From Owenia fusiformis (Eukaryota): a stretch of DNA of 64,000 nt. The translations under genes and the position numbers were made by a program. The DNA lies in NCBI GenBank assembly GCA_903813345.2, contig CAIIXF020000001.1, forward strand, positions 2,542,001-2,606,000, written 5' to 3'. The notes beneath the pieces are model-generated. The model made no database searches and was not told where the DNA came from. It saw only the letters and a list, made by a program, of their open reading frames with translations. Position 1 is the stretch's first letter. Each line of letters begins with the position of its first letter. Positions 25,257-38,210 of the stretch are shown here, piece by piece.

Positions 25257-28200
25257 ATGGCAGCAGAAGCGATATCAAAAGGTAAGCTTGTTATTTTGTT
25301 CAAATATGTCTCTCCAGCACAGTTTATAGAGACAAAACGTCCATTAGTTTAAGTCTAGTGTGCTTGTGTTACTACGAGTTACCGGTCCACTGGCATCGAA
25401 ACAGATAGTAGATAGTTGTCCCTGAAAAGAAATAAACAAGTCTCAGTGACTCAGTCTGAGTCTCTGAGTGTTAGCCTAGGACTAGCCTAGATCTAGTCCA
25501 ACAAGTTAAACACAGTCTTGATCATTGGGCTAATTTTTACCTGACATATCAACATGCTATCTACTGCAAGACTAACGCCTGGCATAACCGTTACCATGTT
25601 ATTCAGTGTTTTTAAGTAGCACAAGGATCCTGCCTTACCTTCTTCTAAGGCGACTGTATCGTGGCCTTCCAGTAAAGATATATTCCTGCATGAACAACTG
25701 GTCATGTCGTAATCATAAAATTTGAAATCATATGTCCGCCATTTTTCCACATCACAATTTGAATTCTCGAAATCGTTGTTCCCTCTTCAAAAGAGGAGAC
25801 GCGAAAATCTTTCCTTATAAGGTCAAACTATTTCCCATGATGCAGTTCGCGGAGGAACAAATTTATACTTCCTTGTTTTCCCTCATAGGTTTAACATGGG
25901 GATTTTCACACCTATTTTTCAAACGATATATTCGTTCATATTCCCGTACGAGAGTACAGAAAAAATTATTAGAAACGATTGATCTCTTATTAATCTTAAT
26001 GTAACAGCTATTTTTTTCATTGTATTGATTCATAGCGTGGTATAAAACGACGATTGAAAAGTGAGAAAATATTCCGGAAGAGAAGGTCACGTGATCAGTT
26101 GACAAGTCGCCATATTGGAAAAAACAATTCCATTCGACTTTCAATACTTTCATGCCAATCTTACCGCATTACAAACTGCAACATCGATGCAACAACTGAA
26201 TAAAAGTATTCATCTTCAAATCATATTATAGAGTTACGTTAAAAACCCACAGACAACTGAGCAGTTGACCAAAGAAGACGCGTCGCTAATATCTAGGTCA
26301 ATCTGTTCTGTGGTCCGAAAGCAAATCTATAGTACTCGTTTCCGAATTTTGTTGTTCATTGTACAATCTTTTATTGATTAAACTTGGTATACTGACTATT
26401 AAAGCAATGACAAAGAAGAATACTTCCGATGGTGTCATTGTTTTATTTAGCGTGCGGTTGTAAAAACAAAATTGCGTAATTAGTTTGATTTAGAACTTTC
26501 GGGTCACGCAAATAGCTACGCGAAATGCATAGTGGGAGAATATTGACCAATCAAATTTTGTCCTTTTTGAGTGCTTTTTTAGAACATATTTGCGAACGTT
26601 CTGATTCAAAGAGCGAACCGCGAAAGGGAGAATTGCAAGTTTTAGTCTTATTACCTCACCAAAAATTCCAAAACACACATAAAGTGATCAGTGTATTAGT
26701 TCACATTCAACCTTTTGGATCGCTAACTTAGAATTTACAGCCAGTTACTAATGTCAGACGTTAAGGTACAGCTGGAAAGTAACATTTTGGTAAAAAATTG
26801 CTATACCTGCACATGTTATTTTCTGGTACAAAATAAAGTATGAAGGCATGTATCAATTTCCTTGCTTTTTTCAGGAAAGTATCATTACATTGTCTTCTTT
26901 TAGAATATCTGGTAGGCGTTCAAAGGGAACTCCAGGGAATTCTGATATTTCACACTTCCTGTTTTTCCAAATTTTCTTTCAAAGTTTCCAGACAACACAG
27001 GAGCTACCATTGACCTGTTTCCAGGTTTACTAAAAGTAGACAGTGTAATGATACTTTCCTGAAAAAAGCAAGGAAATACACACATGCCTTCATACTTAAT
27101 TATGTACCAGAAAATAACATGTGCAGGTATAGCAATTTTTTACCAAAATGTTACTTTCCAGGTGAACCTTAACGACATTTCGTCCAGTTTTCGAACATCG
27201 CCATTTTTCTTGGAGCCATTTTGTTTTAAATTTAGACGAAATCCTGATGAAATCATGTCATATCTCATCAAGGAGCCGAGCGGGGTCCGTTTTGATTAAT
27301 GATTTATTTATCCGGCAATTTTTAAAATATTCAATAAATTTATGACAAGGCGGCCAGCTTTTTTCAAATGGAGTTCACAGTATCCCAGATGAAATCCCCT
27401 CTAGCCAAGTATTGGCTAGAGACTCGAGTAAATCCTACCATGACCGTGGTAGTGTTATCGTAAAAGCCTGGTATTACCGCGACAATGCTGTATTATATTG
27501 CAATGCCTGCCATGAAAGTGGTAGTGTAATCGTGTAAGCCTGGCGCGACCGTAACTTTTATATGACATTCATGTTTCGTCCGTTATTTTTTACGGAGTGG
27601 CTCCAGGACCGACAATTGTCGGTACTGGAGACTGTCCAGGGGTATTTGCTGGGGTACCGACAATTGTCGGCACTCTATCGTCACCTAGTAGTGTCAGATA
27701 GAGAACCGACAATTGTCGGTACGCAAGTTGCTGCTACGTGTTTTTGCTAGAGAGCCGACAATTTCATAAATAAATGCACTACTGTTAATTTCAGGAATAA
27801 CCTCATCTCTGGTAGTCTAGTGGTTAGCGAGCACGACTCGAACACACTCGGGCTCGAGTTCGAATCCCGGCAGGACCTACTTTTTTCTTTTGAGGGGGGG
27901 GCATAGTGCTTCTTTTGCAGTATGGAATCGTACAGGCATTAACTTGTAGTGAGCCATAATTTATTTCGACAAAAATTGATTCAACTTCCATCAAAATTGT
28001 CCTACAAGCTTCAATTAAAAAACATTTTAAAGCTCTTTTCTTGTTCTATCTAATGGGTCGATATATACAATTAGGGGAGGGGATGCTTTCGCCCCCGTCG
28101 ACCTCTACCTTTACTACGCCATGGCACAGGAGAAATATCTCATTAGGAATATATCACTGTTTACTTTGCGTTTGGTAGCTCTCTCATGCGAGATGGAATC

Positions 28201-31200
28201 GTGGCCATTAACTAAGGGAGCCAAATGCAACTTCCATCAAAAATTGTGCTATAAGGTATGAGTACCGTAATCCAACACCAAATTCGAAAATTCATAACAA
28301 TACTTTGCACATATGGCGTTCGTGACCAACTATGAAACGCTTACCCCCCATAGTGTTATATATCAAAATGCACCTGTCCATATAGGGGTTCGATTGACCT
28401 ACATCAAATTATAGGGAGTCAGGTTACTTTTTGAGATATCAGCGTCCGTTTATTGTAACTCGCGTTTGCTACCACTTCCTCAATTCTGATATGACGGGCA
28501 AACGCGTAGTAAACATGCTCATGTTCGGAACTATTTTGACCTACATCGCTATTTTCGTAATTCAAATGAAAGTTGAACTCCTCTTTATTTTGATACCAAA
28601 TAGTGGCATACTAGGTACCCTAGAAGCCAACTATGGGTTATTTAGAACGATACCACAGGTTTTTAAATGGACTATATAGGGGTCATACCTTTTGGCGGAT
28701 GGATATGGAACCTCATACCATACGATAAGCTCTAGATAAAAAACATTCTAGCTATTTTCTTCTATCTAATGGGTAGCAAACGCCCCTTTCTACGCCTGAT
28801 CGGCTCAGGAGAAATATCCTGTCTGTTTAGAATATATATAGCCGTTTACTCTGCATTAATAGCTCTCTAACGTCTTACTTGTTCATGTTTTTTATTGGGT
28901 TTTCAACGTTTACTACCATTCCCTGTTCCCGGGCTACCATTTTTTGACTGGGTTTGGTAATCCCCGGGTAACCGGGGCTAATGCCCTCCCCGGGTTTTGC
29001 ACTTGTTCCCAAAATATCCGTATGATATCTGAAATATCCCCCCGCGCATTGCGCATGCGCCAGAAAATTCGAAAATCAATATTTGTCGGTCCTCTAGCGT
29101 GTAAACACAGCATATCTCCCGTACCGACAATTTATTTGTCGGTCCTCTAGCGTGCCACCACATCAGAGTCTAGAGTACCGACAATTGCAACTTCCATCAA
29201 AAATTGTGCTATAAGGTATGAGTACCGTAATCCAACACCAAATTCGAAAATTCATAACAATACTTTGCACATATGGCGTTCGTGACCAACTATGAAACGC
29301 TTACCCCCCATAGTGTTATATATCAAAATGCACCTGTCCATATAGGGGTTCGATTGACCTACATCAAATTATAGGGAGTCAGGTTACTTTTTGAGATATC
29401 AGCGTCCGTTTATTGTAACTCGCGTTTGCTACCACTTCCTCAATTCTGATATGACGGGCAAACGCGTAGTAAACATGCTCATGTTCGGAACTATTTTGAC
29501 CTACATCGCTATTTTCGTAATTCAAATGAAAGTTGAACTCCTCTTTATTTTGATACCAAATAGTGGCATACTAGGTACCCTAGAAGCCAACTATGGGTTA
29601 TTTAGAACGATACCACAGGTTTTTAAATGGACTATATAGGGGTCATACCTTTTGGCGGATGGATATGGAACCTCATACCATACGATAAGCTCTAGATAAA
29701 AAACATTCTAGCTATTTTCTTCTATCTAATGGGTAGCAAACGCCCCTTTCTACGCCTGATCGGCTCAGGAGAAATATCCTGTCTGTTTAGAATATATATA
29801 GCCGTTTACTCTGCATTAATAGCTCTCTAACGTCTTACTTGTTCATGTTTTTTATTGGGTTTTCAACGTTTACTACCATTCCCTGTTCCCGGGCTACCAT
29901 TTTTTGACTGGGTTTGGTAATCCCCGGGTAACCGGGGCTAATGCCCTCCCCGGGTTTTGCACTTGTTCCCAAAATATCCGTATGATATCTGAAATATCCC
30001 CCCGCGCATTGCGCATGCGCCAGAAAATTCGAAAATCAATATTTGTCGGTCCTCTAGCGTGTAAACACAGCATATCTCCCGTACCGACAATTTATTTGTC
30101 GGTCCTCTAGCGTGCCACCACATCAGAGTCTAGAGTACCGACAATTGTCGGTACTCTAGCCTTTACGTATTTTTTAGGGATTTACCTTATTAATTGATCA
30201 TTATAGAAAGTATGTTCTTTCGAATCGAATCTTCTTGAATAAGAGTAGAGATATGGTTTGTTCGCAAATTATTTAGGAGTTAAAAGTAGGGTTTCGTTGT
30301 GAAATTTATACACAATTTTAGTAGTCTTGATTTACATATTTAAAGTAGTTAAACACGAGGAAAACTGTCATTATGGTGTTCTCATGCTACTTTAAATGTT
30401 ATTTAATACAACCACGGTCATGAGAGGCCTTGCAACTATTGTCACGGTCATATCAGGCTTTAAGCTTACCACGGCCATGACAGGCTTTAACATTGTCACG
30501 GTCATGATAGGCCTTGCAATCATTATGACGTTCATATCAGGCTTTAACATTACCACAGTCATGACAGGCCTTACAAGCATTGTCACGGTCATATCAGGCT
30601 TTAACATTATCACGGTCATGACAGGCCTTGCAATATAATACAGCGTTGTCACAGTTATACCAGGCTTACACGATAACACTACCACGGTCATGGCAGGCAT
30701 TGCAATATAATACTGCATTGTCGCGGTTATACAAGGCTTTCACGATAACACTACCACGGTCATGGCAGGATCCTTGGGCTACTTAAAAACACTGAATAAC
30801 ATGGTGACAGTCACGCCAGGCGTTAGTCTTGCAGTAGATAGGGTCTCGACATATCTTTTGGCCTGCTATTTGGTGCATCTTCCGCCAAGTACGCAGAAAA
30901 TTATGGTGGTGCATTTTCGACAAGCACTTGCAATTCATTCATGATTTTGATATGATGAGATCAACAAGCAAACATACATAGTGCCTGAAAAACATATATA
31001 AATATCGAGCTTGATTTTGTATCTATACATGTTCCCAATTATCCTGTGCCATGACTATAATCCTGAGAACATCTCAATCTTTTGCCTGTACGATTACAAC
31101 ATGGGAGAATTTTCTACGGCTCTTACACTTAAGATACCTACTTCAATAGATTCCTGGGTATTTTAGGATTCTTTTCGTGTAGTTGAATCCACAATTATCT

Positions 31201-34200
31201 GGGTTTATCGGCAGAACAGGAACATTTTTCTTTTTTATCGAGAGAGCTGATTCCATCACTTCTTAAGATGGAGGTTGGATCTAAAAGGGGATTCCCCGTT
31301 TGACTGGCCCGGAAGTACCAATAAATGGAGAAATTTGACGGTTGAAAAAAGTTAAATATTGCAATCAAAAACAAAAATTTCTTCGTTCTGCCTATAAACC
31401 AAGATAATTGTGGATCTCATTCAGTCTGTTGGAAACATACTAGGGCCTATACATATATACTTTATGAATAAAACATTATCCCATGTCCTTCTGTGTCCTT
31501 GATGATGTATATTTTCAAAAGTATCGGAGATGGCTTTGGAAATAGTCATTCCAGGTAACATTGAAATGGCAAAACGTGTCAGTAGATAAACTGCCATTAA
31601 CGACAATGACGAAATGTTGACAAGTACTTAATACACTAAACAAAACGGTAGCAAATAGCCTGGTATGCAGGAACAGTAGGTTTGCAATGAATAATTACTT
31701 TGCATACATTCATGCGCTATATGAATCAGTCAGATAAGATACATGTTAATAATTATCAATTTATTAGATAACAATTTGGTTTCGTTGCCAACAATTTTTT
31801 TAGCGACGCACATGGCCAATGAAAAAAATTCAATTTAGAAATTGGTAAGAATAGCCTCCTTTTTTGGCTCACACAGTGAGCCTATGGGATCGACCAGCCA
31901 TCCATTGGTCCATCCGTTGGTCCGTCCATCCATCCGTCAACATTGGCCGTACAAATTAAAAATTGCTTTTCGGATTGAGTCATATCCACATTCATTTTAT
32001 GCATATCCATAATGCTTATTTGACCTATCATCGTCATTTCCCAAGTTCACCCGGTTTCCGAGATATTGCTGATTTTGACGTCAAAAAGTCAAATTTTCTG
32101 TAAATATGAAGGTTCTACACTGTGTGAGCACAGGACCGTGGGTCCTTTATTTAAATGAACATTTAGCGCCAAAATGTTACATGGAACCATCAATCGTTTG
32201 ATGCTCTAGGTGTTTTTGTATTATTGTTAAATATCTGTCGCATATTATCAAGGAAAATTGGTTTCAGCTGATCCAAAATTTGCAGTGCATGAATATATAG
32301 CATGGCAGTTAAACCCAATCTAGCACCGAGAAAATTCAGAAAAATATATTAAGTCGGATTTGGGTTTGTGAACTAAGTCCCTGTTAATTTAGCTATACTA
32401 AGAAGCACAATGAGCAGCAATTATCCCGATATACTACTGTACTCCAACTCATATTTGAAGCTATTATATTTGTGACTTCTTCAAAATTGTCCAGCCTCTT
32501 TTTTAATTTCTTTGATCAAAATCTTTTAGGACCCACAATAAATTTAATAAAACAGTACCTTCCTTCCTACCTTTTATCGCCAAGCACTGGGCAGAAATAT
32601 TGTATATACTCAGTGAAATAAATTCCCCAGAATTTCGCTACTATTATATTTTGCAGATTAAAACTATTGGAATTTTGTGGCTATTATATATGACAAATTT
32701 TTCAAAACTCATGAAAAGCGCAAATATAGCAGCACACAAAAATGTCCAGGAGTACAGTATATTATTTTCCTTCTCAGCACCATGAACAAAATCCCCAGAG
32801 AAATGTAATGACATCACATGTTGTAAGTTGTGTAATATGTGTTCAAATAGTGAGGAATTAATTTGTGTATGGGGCTTTTGAGACATAAGTTCCAGATTCA
32901 GAAGCCTTACTTTCATTTATTGTGTTTCTCTAGATGAAGGACTTCTACTAGCCTGACCAAGACTACTAGTGCCATCTATATTTCTATCTGTATAGAAATT
33001 CCTCTTTTATCAAAGTTTCTACCGACGCAAATCACATTTTCACATTATTATAATGCAACATTTATATTTATTCTTCAATGATCAAGACCAGCTTAATGTT
33101 TTTCAGATGTTGGTGAAATTTACTCCAGATTGTTCGACCATAAACCTGTGATACAGGGTGAGATCAACTATTTCATCAAAGAGTTTGAGGTAAGTCAGTG
33201 TGATACAGTGTGAGATCAACTATTTCATCGAGGAGTTTGAGGTAAGTCAGTGTGATACAGGGTGAGATCAACTATTTCATCAAAGAGTTTGAGGTAAGTC
33301 AGTGTGATACAGGGTGAGATCAACTATTTCATCAAAGAGTTTGAGGTAAGTCAGTGTGATACAGTGTGAGATCAACTATTTCATCAAAGAGTTTGAGGTA
33401 AGTCAGTGTGATACAGGGTGAGATCAACTATTTCATCAAGGAGTTTGAGGTAAGTCAGTGTGATACAGGGTGAGATCAACTATTTCATCAAGGAGTTTGA
33501 GGTAAGTCAGTGTGATACAGGGTGAGATCAACTATTTCATCAAGGAGTTTGAGCTAAGTCAGTGTGATACAGTGTGAGATCAACTATTTCATCGAGGAGT
33601 TTGAGGTAAGTCAGTGTGATACAGGGTGAGATCAACTATTTCATCAAAGAGTTTGAGGTAAGTCAGTGTGATACAGGGTGAGATCAACTATTTCATCAAA
33701 GAGTTTGAGGTAAGTCAGTGTGATACAGGGTGAGATCAACTATTTCATCAAAGAGTTTGAGGTAAGTCAGTGTGATACAGGGTGAGATCAACTATTTCAT
33801 CAAAGAGTTTGAGGTAAGTCAGTGTGATACAGTGTGAGATCAACTATTTCATCAAAGAGTTTGAGGTAAGTCAGTGTGATACAGGGTGAGATCAACTATT
33901 TCATCAAGGAGTTTGAGGTAAGTCAGTGTGATACAGGGTGAGATCAACTATTTCATCAAGGAGTTTGAGGTAAGTCAGTGTGATACAGGTTGAGATCAAC
34001 TATTTCATCAGAGTTTGAGGTAAGTCAGTGTGATACAGGGTGAGATCAACTATTTCATCAAGGAGTTTGAGGTAAGTCAGTGTGATACAGGTTGAGATCA
34101 ACTATTTCATCAAAGAGTTTGAGGTAAGTCAGTGTGATACAGGGTGAGATTAACTATTTCATCAGAGTTTGAGGTAAGTCAGTGTGATACAGGGTGAGAT

Positions 34201-37200
34201 CAACTATTTCATCAAGGAGTTTGAGGTAAGTCAGTGTGATACAGGGTGAGATCAACTATTTCATCAAGGAGTTTGAGGTAAGTCAGTGTGATACAGGGTG
34301 AGATCAACTATTTCATCAAGGAGTTTGAGGTAAGTCAGTGTGATACAGGGTGAGATCAACTATTTCATCAAGGAGTTTGAGGTAAGTCAGTGTGATACAG
34401 GGTGAGATCAACTATTTCATCAAAGAGTTTGAGGTAAGTCAGTGTGATACAGGGTGAGATCAACTATTTCATCAAGGAGTTTGAGGTAAGTCAGTGTGAT
34501 ACAGGGTGAGATCAACTATTTCATCAAGGAGTTTGAGGTAAGTCAGTGTGATACAGGGTGAGATCAACTATTTCATCAAAGAGTTTGAGGTAAGTCAGTG
34601 TGATACAGTGTGAGATCAACTATTTCATCAAGGAGTTTGAGGTAAGTCAGTGTGATACAGGGTGAGATCAACTATTTCATCAAGGAGTTTGAGGTAAGTC
34701 AGTGTGATACAGGGTGAGATCAACTATTTCATCAAGGAGTTTGAGCTAAGTCAGTGTGATACAGGGTGAGATCAACTATTTCATCAAGGAGTTTGAGCTA
34801 AGTCAGTGTGATACAGGGTGAGATCAACTATTTCATCAAAGAGTTTTGGGTATCAGTTGTAGCTATGTCAATCTACAAATCTTCATTTAGCAGTATATCC
34901 CAATGTCTATTTACACATAGAGGCTACTGATTTCTGAGTTGTAATATCCTGTTTGAGGTCAGATGAAGACACATCAGTCATTATAATGTGTCTTCAGACT
35001 GATTGACATGTTTTGAAATGCTTAAGGAGGTCTGCACAATAAACTTATCTTTGGAAATAATTCTCAAAGGAATGTGATATATCATTCAGATCTTTAAAGT
35101 TTGAAGCACCCTGGGACCCTTCTGGTAACTCAAAGGATGAGTAGCAGCCCCCCATGGCAGCAGCAGCACCTAATCATGAGTTGCCAAGGGTCTCTGTTTC
35201 CTGCAAGTGCTTTCAAAGGCCAAATACTTAGATATTGACATTTGACCTTGATATGACCTTGACCAATATAACATTGACCTTGACCTCAGGTCACTTAATC
35301 AAGGGTCGCCATGGGTCACACGAGTCCCCAGGGTCTTAAATTGCAAATACCTAGATATAGACAGACCATTGACCCTGGAATGACCTTGACATCAGTTCAC
35401 CTAATCATGGGTTGTCAGGGGTCATAGCAGCTCCCAAATTCCTTAAGTCACCAAATACTTAGACATTGACCTCTGACCTTGAGATGACCTTGCCCTCAGG
35501 TCACCTAATCATTGGTTGCTAAGGATAACAGCAGTCCAAAAGATCTTAAATCACCAAATACCTATATATTGACTTTTGACCTAGGAATGACCTTGACCTC
35601 AGGTCACCTAATCAAATCATGGGTCACCAAGAGCACAACAACCCCCAAATGTATTAAAACGCAAATACCAAGATATTGACCTTTGACCTTGAGATGACCT
35701 TGACCCTTAAACATTAACCTTGACCTCAGGTCACCTTATCATTGGTCGCAAAGGGTAACAGGAAGCTCAACGACCTTATATCACCAAATACCAAGATAAT
35801 AACCTTTGACCTTATAATAATCTGACCGATAAAGTTGACCTTGATGTGTCGTCAAGGCAGGGTCACAGACAGGCAGACAGACCACTAATGCTTTACAGTA
35901 AGAAGAAGAATATACATAGACATTGGAATATTTCTAAATGAACCGATTTGTTGTATGACATAAATATCTAATATCAAAGAAGCAGAGACTAGCAAAAATG
36001 TAATGAAGGTAAAGAATGGTAAATGGATGAATTTACTCGATAATTGATAAACAAGGGTGATAAAGAAATAAAGTTATTTTCCTTATGTCTACATTAATTG
36101 GTATTTTTTATGGTATAAGCTTCTTATGACTGATATAGTATATAGTATATTCAGAAATCTGGAGGAAGTCAAGGAAATCTTGATGCTAAACAGGGAAAGT
36201 GAGAAAGAATGAAATTTGATGTATTGAAGTGATGAAGTTTCCATTTATGACATTCTGTCTCACTTGAACTTGTATTCTTTGAATTTCATGCATTTGAATT
36301 TGAATTATCATCTTGTGCTTCAGGAAAAGAGACAAGATCGAGAGGTAGAAAGGCTCCATAAGATGGCATATCACATGGAAGAACTGAACAATAAGGTTAT
36401 GCCCGAGTGCCACAATAACATGGAAAAATACCTTGGTGATATTGAAGCAAAAAGTAAGCATGACAGTTTAATAACGTAACATGCAACATGACCAAATTCT
36501 TACAACTTCCAATAACTTAACAAATACTTTTAGGCTGACTTTGATTTTTTTCAAAATCATCTACAAGCTTTCTGAAGTTCAAATCTGTCTTTAGATTTGA
36601 CCTTCAATGACATTCTCAAGGTCAAAAAGTTCAAAAATGTATTTTTTAACTTGCTTCAAATTGACCAGATTTGATCTTCTTTTTTCAAAATCATCTACAA
36701 GTTTTCAGAAGCACAAATCTGACTTTAGATTTAAGATTTAACCTCCAATGACCTTCTCAAGGTCAAAAAGGTAGTTTTTCAACTTGCTTCATATTGACTG
36801 TATTTTCTTTCAAAATCATGTACAAGTTCTCATACAAGTTCAAATTTGACCTTAACTCTAGATTTGAGATTTGACTTTCAATGACCTTGTAAGGTAAAAC
36901 AGCTCTTCTTTCAAATTGACCAATTTTTTCAAAATCATGTAGAAGTTTTTAGAAATTCAAATCTTATTTTTAGATTTCAGATTTGACCTTCAATGACCTT
37001 CTCAAGGTCAACTTGCCTCAAATTGACAATATTTTTTACGAAATCATGTACAAGTTCTCAGAAGTTCAAATCTCACTTAGATTGAACTCATAATATTGTG
37101 AGCAGCTGGGTGGTGACATTTTGTCATGTTAATGCCTTGTTCTTGATATCATATTCGTATTTTTATCGAAGTATTTAAAAAATTAGAGTAAATTCCATGA

Positions 37201-38069
37201 ACCATTCTGTATTTGTAAATTTTTGGTATGAGTAGTTATCTCATGTAGAAATTCTATTAATTTCAAAGTATTACAACATTTCTGTACATACTGGGAATCA
37301 TAAAATTAAGATTACACTGGACGAAGTCCTGACTGGTGAATATCATTTGATATTCAGTGGAAGTGGAAAAAGCGATATCTATGGAATACGGAGAATATTC
37401 CACAGATATCACTTTTTTCCACGGATTTGAAAACTCACGCCAATGGAACGTGCATTGTTACATGGTTACATGTTATATGCTTACATGGTGATTTCATGAT
37501 GTCACAAATATGGAAATGATTAATGTTTTGGCTATAGTTCAGACAAATAAAACTGAATGTTGTGAAATGCTTTGGAAGGTGAACTATGGGATGATTTGAC
37601 CTCAACTATGGGATAATTTGAACATCCTATGATTTTTTCGTGATATCATTTTAATCCACTCTTTAATATCAATATCTGCACTCATTTGCTACGCTCACTC
37701 GTCCAGATATTGATATCAACTCTTGGATAAAAATGGTATCCCTCAAAATCATAGGATATCCTATACTTATTTTTTTTGAGGAATATGACAGTAATATAAT
37801 AATCTAATATATTTCTAGTAAAGGCTGCAACCTATATGTGCAACAAAGTGACTGAAAAAGAGGCTGCATTGAACTCTGATGAGTTGTTGAAGTCCTCGAG
37901 AGCTGCAAGGGTTAAGGAGTGGTCTGAATTCATAGAAGAGATGTGCGAGAAGAGTAAAGCAGTGGATGATAACCACGAAGAACAAGCTCAAAAACTATTG
38001 AATCATTACAAAGAACTAGAGGAGAATTTACATATTGTGCCATCACCCTATGGAACCCCATCAAAGTGA
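25257..38069 (+). CDS. BLOC1S5: Biogenesis of lysosome-related organelles complex 1 subunit 5 (Muted), 162 aa; exons 25257-25281, 33107-33189, 36324-36453, 37819-38069
   Basis: All junctions are GT-AG and in phase (489 nt). The product MAAEAISKDVGEIYSRLFDHKPVIQGEINYFIKEFEEKRQDREV... matches the remembered human motif KDLGEIHSRLLDHRPVIQGETRYFVKEFEEKR. AATAAA at 38457-38466. Confidence 0.93.
25635..27431 (+). mobile_element. Asymmetric-ended element (TTACCTTCTTCTAAGGC...GGCTAGAGACTCGAGTAA) with 8-bp TSD
   Basis: Flanked by ATCCTGCC / ATCCTACC; splits the host TIR arm; both termini recur fused at 41635-41673. Confidence 0.75.
26765..27168. mobile_element. Kolobok-like MITE, TTAA TSD, long TIRs
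   Basis: TTAA|GGTACAGCTGGAAAGTAACATTTT ... AAAATGTTACTTTCCAGGTGAACC|TTAA; ~135-bp inverted arms. Confidence 0.85.
27593..30167 (+). mobile_element. MULE-like non-autonomous element, copy 2, with an internal 960-bp tandem duplication
   Basis: TSD TATTTTTTA (27584-27592 / 30168-30176); co-linear with 18161-19506; 28226-29185 is repeated at 29186-30145. Confidence 0.88.
30405..30775. repeat. ~27-30-bp minisatellite (cacggtcatgacaggc...) in the right arm of the composite element
   Basis: Repeated acggtcat(g/a)...caggc(c/t)tt units; inverted counterpart at 27439-27560. Confidence 0.8.
31861..32148. mobile_element. Short HINE/Helentron-like element
   Basis: Hairpin gctcacacagtgagc, a (ccat/ccgt) microsatellite, subterminal gtgtgagc and an end hairpin ggaccgtgggtcc, in a T-rich context. 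Confidence 0.5.
33148..34850 (+). repeat. 52-bp tandem array (~33 copies) duplicating the last 42 nt of BLOC1S5 exon 2 plus its splice donor
   Basis: Unit gtgatacagggtgagatcaactatttcatcaa(a/g)gagtttgag|gtaagtcagt; the first unit is the real exon end. Confidence 0.97.
35150..35890. repeat. GACCTTGACC-rich degenerate repeat element (HINE-like)
   Basis: Recurring caaatac(c/t)tagatattgacc..gaccttgacctcaggtcacctaatca units ending in a cagacaggcagacag microsatellite. Confidence 0.55.
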
Positions 38070-38210
38070 GAATTTACATATTGTGCCATCACCCTATGGA
38101 ACCCCAACAAAGTGAGAATTTACATATTGTGCCATCACCCTATGGAACCCCAACAAAGTGAGAATTTACATATTGTGACATCTCCCTATGGAACCCCATC
38201 AAAGTGAGAA
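38022..38210 (+). repeat. 46-bp tandem repeat (x4) spanning the last 15 codons and the stop codon of BLOC1S5
   Basis: Unit gagaatttacatattgtgccatcaccctatggaaccccatcaaagt at 38022, 38068, 38114 and 38160; TGA is formed at each unit junction. Confidence 0.95.

Larger units (their letters stand above)
25558..30840. mobile_element. Large composite TIR element in BLOC1S5 intron 1, with subterminal minisatellite arms
   Basis: ~75-bp TIR tatctactgcaagactaacgcctgg... / ...ccaggcgttagtcttgcagtagata. The left arm resumes at 27432 after an insertion and mirrors 30640-30780. Confidence 0.8.

Noticed and set aside
28431-30123. Duplicated 82-, 68- and 61-aa ORFs
   Set aside because: They lie inside a non-autonomous element and its 960-bp duplication. 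Copy 1 has a stop in the 82-aa frame (atgtaa at ~19099), and there are no transposase motifs.
30392-30718. Repetitive 108-aa and 80-aa ORFs
   Set aside because: Translations of a minisatellite within a transposon arm.
33190-33208. Array units as micro-exon/micro-intron series (GTAAGTCAG or GTAAGT...ATACAG)
   Set aside because: The implied introns of 9-22 nt are far shorter than any intron in this window's gene models (>=120 nt) and lack pyrimidine tracts.
33148-34850. CRISPR-like appearance of the regular arrays (also 5445-6372 and 62013-64000)
   Set aside because: Units are head-to-tail with no unique spacers, there are no cas genes, and the context is eukaryotic and intronic.
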